From positions 1,846 to 65,845 of the forward strand of contig JADGCU010000001.1 of NCBI GenBank assembly GCA_015228785.1: 64,000 nucleotides of DNA. Reading direction: 5' to 3'. The number at the start of each line of letters is the position of its first letter. The first letter of the stretch is position 1. Both the position numbers and the translations under genes were made by a program. This DNA is from Candidatus Omnitrophota bacterium (GTDB lineage: Bacteria > Omnitrophota > Gorgyraeia > Zapsychrales > Fredricksoniimonadaceae). The notes under the pieces were generated by a model. It saw only the letters and a program-made list of their open reading frames with translations. It did not search any database and was not told the DNA's origin. Shown here piece by piece: positions 10,445 to 20,724 of this stretch.

Positions 10445-12114
10445 ACCCCCGACATTTCTCCAAGATCGTAACAGCCGGAGCTGATCGTGCGCCTAACCGT
10501 TCTATGCTGCGCGCTGTTGGTTTTCGGGATGAAGATTTCAACAAATCTCAGATTGGGATCGCCTCGACCTGGAGCATGGTGACTCCCTGTAATATGCATA
10601 TTGATCAGCTGGCTCGTCAGGCTGAGGCAGGCGTGAACGCGGCCGGGGGGAAGGGCATTATTTTTAATACCATTACCGTGGCTGACGGCATTGGCATGGG
10701 AACGGAAGGGATGAAATATTCCCTTGTGTCGCGCGAGGTGATCGCAGATTCTATCGAGGCGGTCATGGGTTGCGAAGGCCTGGACGGAGTTGTTGCGATC
10801 GGTGGGTGTGATAAGAACATGCCAGGCTGTTTGATCACCATGGCACGTCTTAACCGTCCTTCTGTTTTTGTCTACGGCGGTACCATTCTGCCAGGTTGCT
10901 ACGAGGGAAAGAAGGTAGATATTGTTTCAGTTTTCGAAGCTGTGGGGGCCCACTCTAATCAGAAGATCTCTGATCAAGAATTAAAGAATATTGAATGCTC
11001 GGCGATTCCTGGACCCGGTTCCTGTGGGGGGATGTACACCGCCAATACCATGGCCTCGGCGATCGAGGCTCTGGGGATGAGTCTTCCAAATAGTTCGGCT
11101 CAAGCCGCCATTTCACAAGCCAAGACAGAGGATTGTCGTCATGCGGGGGCTGCTGTCCTGAACCTTCTTAAAAAGGGAATTCGTCCTCGTGATATCATGA
11201 CCAAAAAGGCCTTTGAGAATGCCATTACCGTTGTGATTGCGCTCGGGGGTTCGACGAATGCCGTCCTTCATTTGTTGGCCATTGCTCATTCCGCACAAGT
11301 TAAATTATCCCTTGATGACTTTACGCGTATTGGTAAGAAAGTTCCTGTCTTGGCGGATTTGAAGCCTAGCGGGCGTTTTCTGATGGCAGACTTGGTTGAG
11401 ATCGGCGGGGTCCAGCCGTTGATGAAATTGCTTCTGGATAAGGGATTTCTTCATGGGGACTGTTTGACCGTTACGGGATTAACCATGGCTGAAAACTTAG
11501 CCCGTGTTGGTCCTTATCCCGTGGGACAGGAGATCATCCGTTCTTTTGAAAATCCTATTAAGAAAAGTAGTCATTTGATCATTCTGTACGGGAATTTGGC
11601 GGCGACAGGTGCTGTGGCTAAAATTTCCGGGAAGGAAGGCGAATTCTTTACGGGAAGAGCCATTGTTTTTGAATCAGAAGAAAAAGCTCTCCAGGCCATT
11701 TTGAGTGGAAAAGTTAAAAAAGGACATGTGATCGTGATCCGCTATGAGGGGCCCCAAGGTGGACCGGGGATGAGAGAAATGCTCTCGCCGACCTCGGCTA
11801 TTATGGGAAAAGGCTTGGGGAAAGATGTGGCCTTGATCACGGATGGGCGTTTTTCCGGCGGAAGCCATGGTTTTGTGGTGGGGCATGTGACTCCTGAAGC
11901 TTTTGTTGGGGGACCGCTTGCAATCATCAGGAATGGCGATACAATTACCATTGACGCTCACAAACGTCGTTTGGATGTTCAATTGGCGGATAAGGAAATC
12001 AAGGCGCGTCTTAAGAAATGGCGCCAGCCCAAGCCACGTTACACGCGTGGGTTGTTGGCCAAATATGCTCGCAGTGTTTCTTCCGCCCATTTAGGGGCGT
12101 TAACTGACCTTTGA
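10432..12114 (+). CDS. ilvD: dihydroxy-acid dehydratase
   Basis: [36 protein letters not shown] and [11 protein letters not shown]. The GTG start overlaps the leuD stop. Confidence 0.95.
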   Translation: MAELDPRHFSKIVTAGADRAPNRSMLRAVGFRDEDFNKSQIGIASTWSMVTPCNMHIDQLARQAEAGVNAAGGKGIIFNTITVADGIGMGTEGMKYSLVSREVIADSIEAVMGCEGLDGVVAIGGCDKNMPGCLITMARLNRPSVFVYGGTILPGCYEGKKVDIVSVFEAVGAHSNQKISDQELKNIECSAIPGPGSCGGMYTANTMASAIEALGMSLPNSSAQAAISQAKTEDCRHAGAAVLNLLKKGIRPRDIMTKKAFENAITVVIALGGSTNAVLHLLAIAHSAQVKLSLDDFTRIGKKVPVLADLKPSGRFLMADLVEIGGVQPLMKLLLDKGFLHGDCLTVTGLTMAENLARVGPYPVGQEIIRSFENPIKKSSHLIILYGNLAATGAVAKISGKEGEFFTGRAIVFESEEKALQAILSGKVKKGHVIVIRYEGPQGGPGMREMLSPTSAIMGKGLGKDVALITDGRFSGGSHGFVVGHVTPEAFVGGPLAIIRNGDTITIDAHKRRLDVQLADKEIKARLKKWRQPKPRYTRGLLAKYARSVSSAHLGALTDL

Positions 12115-12129
12115 TCGAGGGCAATTTAT

Positions 12130-13194
12130 ATGGCTGGAAATATATTTGGCGACATTTTCAGGGTCACCACATTCGGCGAAAGTCATGGCGCTGCTATTGG
12201 CTGTGTCATTGATGGCGTTCCTCCGGGTCTTATGCTTTCTCAGGTGGATATCCAGAAGGATCTGGATCGTCGAAAACCTGGGCAGAGTGAGGTCACGACA
12301 CAGCGTCAGGAATCTGACACGGTTGAGATCCTCTCAGGCATTTTTGAAGACAAGACCACAGGGGCGCCGCTGGCGCTTCTCATTCGTAATAGCGACCAGC
12401 GCTCCAAAGATTATGACGCCTTGAAGGATGTGTTTCGTCCAGGACACGCTGATCAAACCCTGTTTCAGAAGTTCGGATTTCGGGATCACCGGGGAGGTGG
12501 GCGGTCTTCGGGGCGAGAGACGGCAGCGCGTGTCGCGGCTGGTGCCGTTGCCAAGAAGGTTCTTTCACCGCACCATATTCAGATCATTGCCTATACAAAA
12601 GCGATAGGGACGATCGAGGCGAAGGTTGTTGATCTTGCTTTCATTGATAAGAATATTGTCCGCACGGCAGATCCGTCATGTGCTGAGCAGATGATCAAAA
12701 GGATCAATGAGGCCAGAGAGCAGGGTGATTCCGTCGGGGGAGTCATCGAGGTGATGGTAAAGGGGTGTCCTGTGGGATTGGGCGATCCTGTATTCGACAA
12801 ACTCGAGGCCAAACTATCTCATGCCATGATGTCCATTGGCGCGACCAAAGGGGTTGAGTTTGGGGCGGGATTTGGTGTGACAAAAATGATGGGTTCAGAA
12901 AGCAATGATAAGGTTTCTGTCGATCAAGGGCAGATACGGACACAGGGAAATCTCGCGGGCGGTATTTCCGGGGGGATCTCAAACGGGGAGGACATTATCT
13001 TTCGTCTTGCTGTGAAACCAACATCATCCATTGCCAAGAAACAAAATGCGGTGGCCAAAGATGGAAATTTAACGTCGATCGAGATCAAGGGTCGTCATGA
13101 TCCCTGTTTGTGTCCACGTATTGTCCCTGTTGTCGAGGCGATGACGGCGCTTGTGATCGCGGATTGTTTGTTGATTCAAAAAACAATTAAATAG
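12130..13194 (+). CDS. aroC: chorismate synthase
   Basis: FGESHG, RPGHAD, GGGRSSGRETAARVAAGA and KGRHDPC. Confidence 0.95.
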   Translation: MAGNIFGDIFRVTTFGESHGAAIGCVIDGVPPGLMLSQVDIQKDLDRRKPGQSEVTTQRQESDTVEILSGIFEDKTTGAPLALLIRNSDQRSKDYDALKDVFRPGHADQTLFQKFGFRDHRGGGRSSGRETAARVAAGAVAKKVLSPHHIQIIAYTKAIGTIEAKVVDLAFIDKNIVRTADPSCAEQMIKRINEAREQGDSVGGVIEVMVKGCPVGLGDPVFDKLEAKLSHAMMSIGATKGVEFGAGFGVTKMMGSESNDKVSVDQGQIRTQGNLAGGISGGISNGEDIIFRLAVKPTSSIAKKQNAVAKDGNLTSIEIKGRHDPCLCPRIVPVVEAMTALVIADCLLIQKTIK

Positions 13195-13204
13195 TTCTCA
13201 TTTC

Positions 13205-14062
13205 ATGCCATCCTCTAAAGTTGTCTTCATCACAGGTTGTTCAAGTGGTTTTGGTCTTCTTACGGCTGCGCGTCTGGCGGGGCACGGATATCGTGTTTTT
13301 GCTACGATGCGCGATGTTTCCAAGAAAGATCTTCTGTTGTTTGAAGCAGAGGGGCGTAAGGGGGCATCTAATCTTACGGTTCTTCCCATGGATGTGACAA
13401 ATCCTGAAAGTATCCGTGCGGCTGTCCGGGAAGTCGCTGCGGCGAGCGGGGTCATCGATGTGCTGGTCAATAACGCCGGGATCGGGATGGGTGGTTTTTT
13501 CGAAGACATGACAGATGGTGATTATCGAGATGTCTTTAATGTGAATTTCTTTGGGGCGTTGAATGTTATTCGTGAAGTTTTGCCGATCATGCGCCCTCGC
13601 AAAAAAGGCCTGATCATTAATGTTTCCAGTATGGCTGCTTTCTCTGGAACCCCTGCGTTTAGTGCGTATGTCGCAAGTAAATGGGCGTTGGAAGGATTTT
13701 CGGAAAGTCTTTACATGGAATTAAAACTTCAAGGAATTGATGTGGCGGTCGTTGAGCCGGGATCTTACAAAACACGTATCTTTAAAGAGAATGCCCGTTA
13801 CGCGACGAATTTCTTTAATCTTCAAAGCCCCTATTTTCAGGTTAGCCAGTATTTAAAAGATCTCGTCGAGACGCACGCCCAGAGCAATACGCGCGATCCA
13901 GAAGAGGTGGCGGCTGTCATTGAGAACATTATTAATAAGCCATCTCCATCATTCCGTTATGTGATTGGCTTTCGGTCTAAACTCAAACTCTTCATGTTGC
14001 GGCATATTCCTTTTAAATTCTATGCGTGGATGGTTCGTAATGTTCTTTTTCCGAAAGAATGA
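13205..14062 (+). CDS. short-chain dehydrogenase/reductase (SDR) family oxidoreductase
   Basis: TGCSSGFG cofactor motif, NNAG, and the S...YxxxK catalytic set (SAYVASKWA). Confidence 0.85.
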   Translation: MPSSKVVFITGCSSGFGLLTAARLAGHGYRVFATMRDVSKKDLLLFEAEGRKGASNLTVLPMDVTNPESIRAAVREVAAASGVIDVLVNNAGIGMGGFFEDMTDGDYRDVFNVNFFGALNVIREVLPIMRPRKKGLIINVSSMAAFSGTPAFSAYVASKWALEGFSESLYMELKLQGIDVAVVEPGSYKTRIFKENARYATNFFNLQSPYFQVSQYLKDLVETHAQSNTRDPEEVAAVIENIINKPSPSFRYVIGFRSKLKLFMLRHIPFKFYAWMVRNVLFPKE

Positions 14063-14068
14063 CACCGC

Positions 14069-16159
14069 ATGATTCCTGTTGTTCCTTTTTTGCAGCGTTG
14101 CGCCTTTGTAAAAAAGATCCCCGTCTTTTCCACTCTTAATTGGTACCGCATTCAATTGATCGCCCGAAATGGGAGCTTGCTTCGTTTTAAGAAAGGAGAT
14201 ATTGTTTCAAAAAAAGGAAATCCTCCGGATTTTGTTTTCTTTGTTCTTTCCGGACGATTGATTTCTTATATTTCTGATGGTGGTAAGAGAAGGGATGATG
14301 CGGAGCACGTTCATCGGGGAATGTTTTTTGGTATTATTTCAGCCCTGACGGGAGAGGTCCATTCTCAAACGTTTGAGGCGATGAATGATTCGCTTATTTT
14401 TTGTCTTCCTGTTACTAAGCTTAAGAGGCTTCTTAAGAAAATTCCTGATCTGAGTATAAAATTCAGCAAGGCTTTATCCCAGCGTATTCGAAGTCACGTG
14501 ACTAATACGGAGTTGGTTGATAGGACGACCATTATTTCTGTTTACAGCCCCATTGCGGGATCCGGGAGCTCGACCTATTCCTTAAATTTAGCCTGGAGTC
14601 TTTCTAAGGAAACATCCGATAAGGTAGCTCTCGTTAGTATTCGTTCGCGCAAGGCGCCTCAGCCGACGACGTCGTCTGCCTTTGACCATGTCCGCCCCAA
14701 ATGGAAAATAACGCCCAAAAGCCTTGCCACGATCGCGAACATTGAAGAGATCTCAACGATCATGCATAAGAGTGAGATCGGTGCGGATATGTTAAATGTT
14801 GTTTTTGATCCTGCCGTTGAGTCTCAGGTTGAGCAGATCGCGGATTTTGTAAATGGGTTTATTGATGAGTATCGGTATGTGATCGTTGATCTTCCCAGTG
14901 AATTGGATGATGTTGTTCTTAAAACCCTTTCCCAGTCGGATCTCATTCATCTTGTTCTGGCAAGAAGTCGTGAAGCCTTGGAGAATGGCCGAGCTATCAT
15001 CACCAGGCTGGAGTTTTCTCTTAACAGGTCTTTTAACCAGGAGAGGGTTCGTATCATTATCGGCGGAGTTCATGGGCACAGGAATGTTTCTGAGGCAACC
15101 GTGCACAGCATTATAGATTACCCTGTGCTCGCTTTTCTTCCCCTGATTCAGGAAAAGGATCTAGCTGCTGAGATCGGGACATCTGTTATTCATTTTTGGG
15201 CCCTGGATGTTCATTGCCCTTATTGGATGGCGATTACCAGGGTGGCACGTCAGGTGTCAGGGGTCTCTGTCGGGCTTGTCCTGGGGGGAGGGGCGGCATT
15301 TGGTCTGGCCCACGTCGGTGTTATCAAGGTCTTGGAAGAAGAGAATATCCCTATCGATTTTATTGCCGGGAGTTCCATGGGGGCGTTGATCGGAAGCCTG
15401 TGGGCAGTTGGGTATAAGGCGAGTGAGCTTGAGAAAATGGCTCATGAATTCCGTGATAAATCAAATCTTATCAAGCTTCTTGATTTTGTTTTTCCGCTTT
15501 CGGGTCTCATCAGCGGCAAGGCGATCATGGCCTGGCTTTTTAGTAAGTTTGACCAGAAAACTTTTAGCGATGTCAGGATCCCTCTTAAGATTGTGGCCTA
15601 TGATCTTATTCATCGTCAGGATATTGTGATCGAGAGCGGCTCTTTGGTGGATGCGGTTCGTAAAAGCATTTCGATCCCCGGCGTTTTTCAGCCCATTATT
15701 ACAGATGATCAGATCATCATCGATGGGGGAGTGATGAATCCTTTGCCCACGAATGTTCTCGTTTCCTCAGATGTTAAAAAGATTATCGCTGTCAATGTTC
15801 TTCAAACACCGGATGATGTGATCAAAAGTTATGAGCGGACCCAGAAGGTGATCCGTAAGTCGCTGAGTGAGCCGTTTCTCAAGGACCCCTGGTTCTTTGT
15901 CGATATCCGGTTCAGATTTTGGGTCAATCGGATGTTTTTCCCTAATATTTCTGATATTATTGTAAGGACGCTTGAGGCCTCTGAAAGTGTTATCGCAGAG
16001 CAAAGCGCCCGGGCGGCAGATGTTTTGATCCACCCTGATCTTGTAGGGCTTAATTGGTACGAATTGTACGAAGCGGAAACCTTGATTCAACGCGGAGAAG
16101 AGGCGACCCGAGCCCAGCTTCCTAGAATAAAAGAGATCATTCAAAATAAGAAACGTTAA
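14069..16159 (+). CDS. three-domain protein: cyclic-nucleotide-binding domain / degenerate ParA-MinD-like domain / patatin-like phospholipase
   Basis: N-terminal CAP-type cNMP fold (FKKGDIVSKKGNPPDFVFFVLSGRL...FFG). The middle region looks like ParA/CpaE, but the Walker A reads SPIAGSGSST. The C-terminus has patatin motifs GGGAAFG, GSSMG and DGG. Confidence 0.8.
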   Translation: MIPVVPFLQRCAFVKKIPVFSTLNWYRIQLIARNGSLLRFKKGDIVSKKGNPPDFVFFVLSGRLISYISDGGKRRDDAEHVHRGMFFGIISALTGEVHSQTFEAMNDSLIFCLPVTKLKRLLKKIPDLSIKFSKALSQRIRSHVTNTELVDRTTIISVYSPIAGSGSSTYSLNLAWSLSKETSDKVALVSIRSRKAPQPTTSSAFDHVRPKWKITPKSLATIANIEEISTIMHKSEIGADMLNVVFDPAVESQVEQIADFVNGFIDEYRYVIVDLPSELDDVVLKTLSQSDLIHLVLARSREALENGRAIITRLEFSLNRSFNQERVRIIIGGVHGHRNVSEATVHSIIDYPVLAFLPLIQEKDLAAEIGTSVIHFWALDVHCPYWMAITRVARQVSGVSVGLVLGGGAAFGLAHVGVIKVLEEENIPIDFIAGSSMGALIGSLWAVGYKASELEKMAHEFRDKSNLIKLLDFVFPLSGLISGKAIMAWLFSKFDQKTFSDVRIPLKIVAYDLIHRQDIVIESGSLVDAVRKSISIPGVFQPIITDDQIIIDGGVMNPLPTNVLVSSDVKKIIAVNVLQTPDDVIKSYERTQKVIRKSLSEPFLKDPWFFVDIRFRFWVNRMFFPNISDIIVRTLEASESVIAEQSARAADVLIHPDLVGLNWYELYEAETLIQRGEEATRAQLPRIKEIIQNKKR

Positions 16160-16176
16160 CAAAGGATAATTCTTTC

Positions 16177-16566
16177 ATGAAAAGCATAATTAATGAAAAG
16201 CCAAAACAGAGACCTTGGGGAACGTATCACAAGATCTTTCAAGAGTCAGGCGTATGGGTCAAGCGTGTTGAGGTTCGGCCTGGCGAAAGGCTTTCTTTGC
16301 AAAAGCATAAGCATAGGTCTGAAAAATGGATCATCGTCTCTGGAGAAGGTATTGTGGTTGTGAATAATCTGACCGTGACCGTAGCGGCGGGTTCTGTCGT
16401 TGATATCCCGGTCCATGTTATTCACCGGATGGCCAATATCGGGAAAGAGCCTCTTGTTTTTATTGAGGTCGCCTGCGGCAATAAGCTCACGGAGGAGGAT
16501 ATTATTCGTCTTCAGGATGATTATTTAAGAAAACCGATAGCTAAGAAATCGAAAAGATCCTCCTAA
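16177..16566 (+). CDS. cupin, type II phosphomannose isomerase C-terminal domain-like
   Basis: RPWGTYHKI, LSLQKHKHRSEKWIIVSGEG and HRMANIG. Confidence 0.75.
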   Translation: MKSIINEKPKQRPWGTYHKIFQESGVWVKRVEVRPGERLSLQKHKHRSEKWIIVSGEGIVVVNNLTVTVAAGSVVDIPVHVIHRMANIGKEPLVFIEVACGNKLTEEDIIRLQDDYLRKPIAKKSKRSS

Positions 16567-16632
16567 AGGCAGGTCGGTTCTGTCTCATGATGAGACGCCA
16601 TTAAGGGACCGCATAAAGTTGCGTTTCTTAGA

Positions 16633-18597
16633 ATGAATAATAAAGGTCTGACATTTACTGAAATATTGGTGGTGATAACAGTTATTGCGCTTCTGATCGT
16701 CGTTGGTTTGCCACGTTTTAAGGGAATGCGGGATGAGGCAAATCTCGCAAAAAGTCGGGAGAATTTAAAAACGATTCAGGCGGCCCTTGAATCATACAAG
16801 ATCAATCACGACGAATATCCTGACGAAACGAATTACCAGGAAACACTGGTGAGCGCCCGCCCTAAGATCATGTCTGCCCCATTGATCGATCCGTTTACAG
16901 GAAATCCTTACTATTACAGCACAAGTGATGATGGGCAATATTACGTCCTGGCCTCGGCGGGGGCTGACGGTGTATTGGCTATTACGGGGGTCGGGGATGA
17001 CGGTGTTGTAGCGGGAGAAAATCTTATAGGGTATTGCTTGAGTAATGGAGTCTGCCCAGTGCGGGGAGAAGAGGGGGAAGATGGGTGTGGTTCAGGTCCT
17101 TCCTGCGCAGGGGGGCAAACCTGTTGTAGCGGAACCTGTGTAGACACATCTTCCTATGCGTCCCATTGTGGCGCCTGTGGAAATGCCTGTCAATGGCCGG
17201 AAGAATGTAGCGGCGGGTCTTGTCAGGAACCGGTCGAAACAGGTTCTGGCGAGACGGGCCAGTATTGCTACGCCGGGGCTGATTGTCAGAGCGGCCGATG
17301 TGTCTGGGCCAGATGTTCTGCTGGGCAGAATGGGGCGGCGTGTTTGACTTCAAGCGATTGTGCTGATGGACAGTGTCTGGGGATGAGGTGCTCTGACGGG
17401 TTAAATGGCTCCAGGTGTACATCGTCAGTGGATTGCGATGGGAACTATTGTGTAAGTGGTTTTTGTAGGAGCGGTGGTTTGGAGGAACCTTGTCTCACAG
17501 GGGCTGATTGTATTGATGGATATTGCAGTCCTTCTGGATGTTCTGATGGTTTAGTTGGTAGTAGTTGTATGAATGACACAGAATGCCGGAGTGGTTATTG
17601 TCCTGCTGCCGAAACATGTACGGATGGTACAAATGATTCGCATTGTTATGCTGCAGAGGATTGCCAGAGCGGATATTGTGTTAATTCAACGTGCACAGAC
17701 GGGGCCGTAGGGACGGCTTGTGCGGGTGATGTTAACTGTCTTAGCGGGAATTGTGATGAAGGCACATTGCTGTGTGTTCCCGGTGATTTAGGAAACACAT
17801 GTGCGGGTGTCGCAGCTTCTTTGTGCTCTGATGTTTGCGTAAATTTAAATTCAGATAATCAGAATTGTGGTTCGTGCGGGAATGAATGTGCTCTAGGAAA
17901 GTGCTTAAATGGTGTTTGTCAGGCAGGGATCGGGGCAGCGTGTGCGCAGAATTCTGATTGTTTTAGCGGAAAGTGTGTGTCATTAGTATGTGCTGATGCT
18001 GATCATTGTTCTTCGGGAGAGGAATGTTCCAGCGGCGTCTGTGTTTTTGGTCTTTGCAAGGCAGCCGGAGGAACGAATGGCGCTGCCTGCGATGAAGATT
18101 CAGATTGTGCAGGGAATTGCGCTTCAGGAACGTGCGTGAATGACCCGGCTACTGCCAATGAGTACTGCGTTACAAGCTCGGATTGTTTTGCTAATCAATG
18201 GGGCATGTATTGTGCAGATGGCCGGTGCCGTAGTGGCGCCATAGGATCCTATTGTTCTTCCGGAGATCAGTGTGCCAGCGGTTCATGTTTAGAGTGGCAT
18301 TGCGCGGCTGATTGTACAGAAACGGCAGATTGCCCTGTTGGCTCAACGTGTGTAAATTCAAGATGTGTTGATGGAGAAAATGGCGGTCCTTGCATAATCG
18401 CAGAAGATTGTGTATCTGGTTCTTGTAACGAAACAGGTCGTTGTCAGGCCTGTTCATCCAATGCTGATTGTGGCGGTGTATTGGGCTATTGTGATACTTA
18501 TTATAGCGTTTGTACAGATGGGACTCCGGGGAATTATTGTGGTTCTGATGATGGATGTGTCTCTGGTCAATGCGCAGGGGATAATAGTTGTCTCTAG
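16633..18597 (+). CDS. GspG-type pseudopilin N-terminal domain fused to a ~520-aa cysteine-rich repeat region
   Basis: Prepilin leader MNNKG|LTFTEILVV with Glu at +5, plus GspG-like body motifs (LKTIQAALESYK, DPFTGNPYYY...YVLASAGADG). From aa 135 on there are about 20 repeats of the form C-x3-4-DCxSGxC, plus two Stig1-like CVDxxSDxxNCGxCGNxC motifs. Confidence 0.75.
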   Translation: MNNKGLTFTEILVVITVIALLIVVGLPRFKGMRDEANLAKSRENLKTIQAALESYKINHDEYPDETNYQETLVSARPKIMSAPLIDPFTGNPYYYSTSDDGQYYVLASAGADGVLAITGVGDDGVVAGENLIGYCLSNGVCPVRGEEGEDGCGSGPSCAGGQTCCSGTCVDTSSYASHCGACGNACQWPEECSGGSCQEPVETGSGETGQYCYAGADCQSGRCVWARCSAGQNGAACLTSSDCADGQCLGMRCSDGLNGSRCTSSVDCDGNYCVSGFCRSGGLEEPCLTGADCIDGYCSPSGCSDGLVGSSCMNDTECRSGYCPAAETCTDGTNDSHCYAAEDCQSGYCVNSTCTDGAVGTACAGDVNCLSGNCDEGTLLCVPGDLGNTCAGVAASLCSDVCVNLNSDNQNCGSCGNECALGKCLNGVCQAGIGAACAQNSDCFSGKCVSLVCADADHCSSGEECSSGVCVFGLCKAAGGTNGAACDEDSDCAGNCASGTCVNDPATANEYCVTSSDCFANQWGMYCADGRCRSGAIGSYCSSGDQCASGSCLEWHCAADCTETADCPVGSTCVNSRCVDGENGGPCIIAEDCVSGSCNETGRCQACSSNADCGGVLGYCDTYYSVCTDGTPGNYCGSDDGCVSGQCAGDNSCL

Positions 18598-18797
18598 TTT
18601 TACAGGAAGCTAGGGTATGTTTTTGAAAATTTATTATTACCTGTGGTGAATAAAATATCAGGGAAAAAGTGAGGAAGTGCCAAAGGGGCCTGGGTTTGGT
18701 TCTTTTGAAGAATACTTAATTTCCATACGCACCAAGTTAACATAACATATATTATAGGAAGTAATTGGCTGGGCGAACAAGGCCCTGAGGCGTGTAT

Positions 18798-19871
18798 TTA
18801 ATGGTCGCTTTTAAGTATCTTTTTTACGATCTTCGCGCTCCCCGATGGCATGGGATATTTATTCTTAAGATCTTTTCCTGTCACCCACCGCATATTCTTT
18901 CCAGGAGTAAAATCTTTCAGCACATTAGCCTCAAAAACATTCAGCTCTACCCTAAACTGAGTATAGGCATGATTTACCTTGCCCAAATATCGACCAATGG
19001 AACAGTTGGCGCCTGTTTCTTCAAGGATCTCTCGTTTTAGGGCTTCTTTGAGATCTTTATCTCTAGATTCGACTTTTCCACCAGGAAACTCCCAAAGATC
19101 AGCCAAAAGTCCTTCAGAGGGTCTTTTTTGGATCAGTATCTTGTTTTTCTCTTTGATAATGCCAACAACTGCACGAATATTCTCTGTTTTTAACTGCTTA
19201 GGCACAGGAATAAGTTCCTGGATCCCTTTTTTGTAAGCGCTACAGAATTCTTTAACAGGACAGACATTACATGACGGTTCTTTGGATCGACATATTAAGG
19301 CGCCTAATTCCATCAATCCCTGATTAAAATCACCTGGAGAGCGTCTTGAAATCACGCTTTCCAGCAGTTTGTAGAGGTCTTTGTCGAAGCTGGCTTCAGG
19401 GTTTTGGACCGCAAGAATCCTTTGAAAAACACGACGCACATTGGCATCAACAATGGTCACGGGTTTATTGAAGGCAATGCTCAAGACAGCACCGACTGTA
19501 TAAGGACCAAATCCAGGCAAGGCCCGAAGGCCATCCGGTTCTTGTGGTAGCTCTCCCCCGAATTGATCAATGACAATTTGGGCCGCACGGTGAAAGTTTC
19601 GCGCGCGATTGTAATACCCCAGGCCTTGCCAGGCCTTTAAGACGTCGCGAATATCTGCCTGAGCCAGGCTTTTCATGGTAGGAAATCGTTTCAGCCATCG
19701 TTGGTAATAGCCTATGACTGTGGCAACGGTTGTTTGCTGAAGCATGACCTCTGATGTCCATATCTTGTACGGATCTTTGGTGTGACGCCATGGAAGATCG
19801 CGCTTGTGGCCTACATACCACGTTAAAAGCGTAGATGAAAATGCTTTTCTCTTAAGGGCGGTGTCAAACAT
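18798..19871 (-). CDS. mutY: A/G-specific adenine DNA glycosylase
   Basis: HhH-GPD core (LPWRHTKDPYKIWTSEVMLQQT, GLGYYNRARN), a 4Fe-4S loop (CxxxxxxCxxCPxxxxC) and a C-terminal NUDIX-like domain. Confidence 0.9.
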   Translation of the reverse strand: MFDTALKRKAFSSTLLTWYVGHKRDLPWRHTKDPYKIWTSEVMLQQTTVATVIGYYQRWLKRFPTMKSLAQADIRDVLKAWQGLGYYNRARNFHRAAQIVIDQFGGELPQEPDGLRALPGFGPYTVGAVLSIAFNKPVTIVDANVRRVFQRILAVQNPEASFDKDLYKLLESVISRRSPGDFNQGLMELGALICRSKEPSCNVCPVKEFCSAYKKGIQELIPVPKQLKTENIRAVVGIIKEKNKILIQKRPSEGLLADLWEFPGGKVESRDKDLKEALKREILEETGANCSIGRYLGKVNHAYTQFRVELNVFEANVLKDFTPGKNMRWVTGKDLKNKYPMPSGSAKIVKKILKSDH

Positions 19872-20724
19872 GGAGAAGATTTACATAATTTGGCGAGATT
19901 GAAATCACGGCCTTAGTTCCATAGGGAAATGAGAATTTAATATGAGCTCCGTCGACAAAGATATTTCCGTGAGGCATGCGAGAGGTTACGATCAATTTCT
20001 TGTTTGCCAAAACCATTCCTCCTGCCAAATGATACCGTTGGCCAGGAATTTGATAAAGCTCTCGTGGTTTGTATTGAAGCGTTTTGCTTTCCAGGGGCAT
20101 TTTCTTACCACCCGCAGAAAGAATAGCCCCGGTTGATCCGGAGGCGGTTGAAAGCCATAGTCCAGAACTGCGATGTTCCTCGCAGGTCTTCCCAATCTGA
20201 ATATGGTAGCGGCTCATGGCAGCGGGATTGGGATGACAAATAAGGACGTCATTTAAACATTCCATGGATGTTTTTTGTTTCGAAATAGTCAGGCGAAGTC
20301 TGTAGAGACGTTTTACCCTCAAGGATCCGCCTAAGATTCTCTGTAACGCCTTTTGGAATTCATTAGCATTACAGGAACAAAACTGGCCCACGCTCCATTG
20401 AGGATCGGAATTAACGCCCAGAATATACTGTTTTGTCGTCAGGTTGCGGGCAGCCTCAAGGAATGTACCATCTCCACCAACCGTGATCACAAGATCAAAG
20501 GCACGATAATTAACCTTTCGACTGCGGCAATGTTTGCGATAGGTCATGCGAAGGGCTTTGAGGGTGTGCTCGATCTTGCGAAGGCTTTCGTAATGATAAA
20601 TGTGATTTTGGCGGAAACGGTCTGCCGTCGGGCATCCGGACGAAGGAAGCCCTTTTATGGAGAGAAAAGAGCTGCGCTTGTAAAGAAGCAGGATCTTAGG
20701 ATTTCTTAAGACCGATAGAGCCAT
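19864..20724 (-). CDS. nadK: NAD(+) kinase
   Basis: DLVITVGGDGTFL and NxDPxxS-like motifs. I moved the start to ATG 20724 (GAAAGG RBS); the track ORF extends to 20760. Confidence 0.85.
   Translation of the reverse strand: MALSVLRNPKILLLYKRSSFLSIKGLPSSGCPTADRFRQNHIYHYESLRKIEHTLKALRMTYRKHCRSRKVNYRAFDLVITVGGDGTFLEAARNLTTKQYILGVNSDPQWSVGQFCSCNANEFQKALQRILGGSLRVKRLYRLRLTISKQKTSMECLNDVLICHPNPAAMSRYHIQIGKTCEEHRSSGLWLSTASGSTGAILSAGGKKMPLESKTLQYKPRELYQIPGQRYHLAGGMVLANKKLIVTSRMPHGNIFVDGAHIKFSFPYGTKAVISISPNYVNLLHV

Noticed and set aside
17035-18594. Periodic DNA repeats that might be a CRISPR array or tandem satellite.
   Set aside because: The periodicity is at protein level (Cys-rich units of variable length) within one open frame. 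There are no identical direct repeats with unique spacers, and I saw no CRISPR array anywhere in the window.
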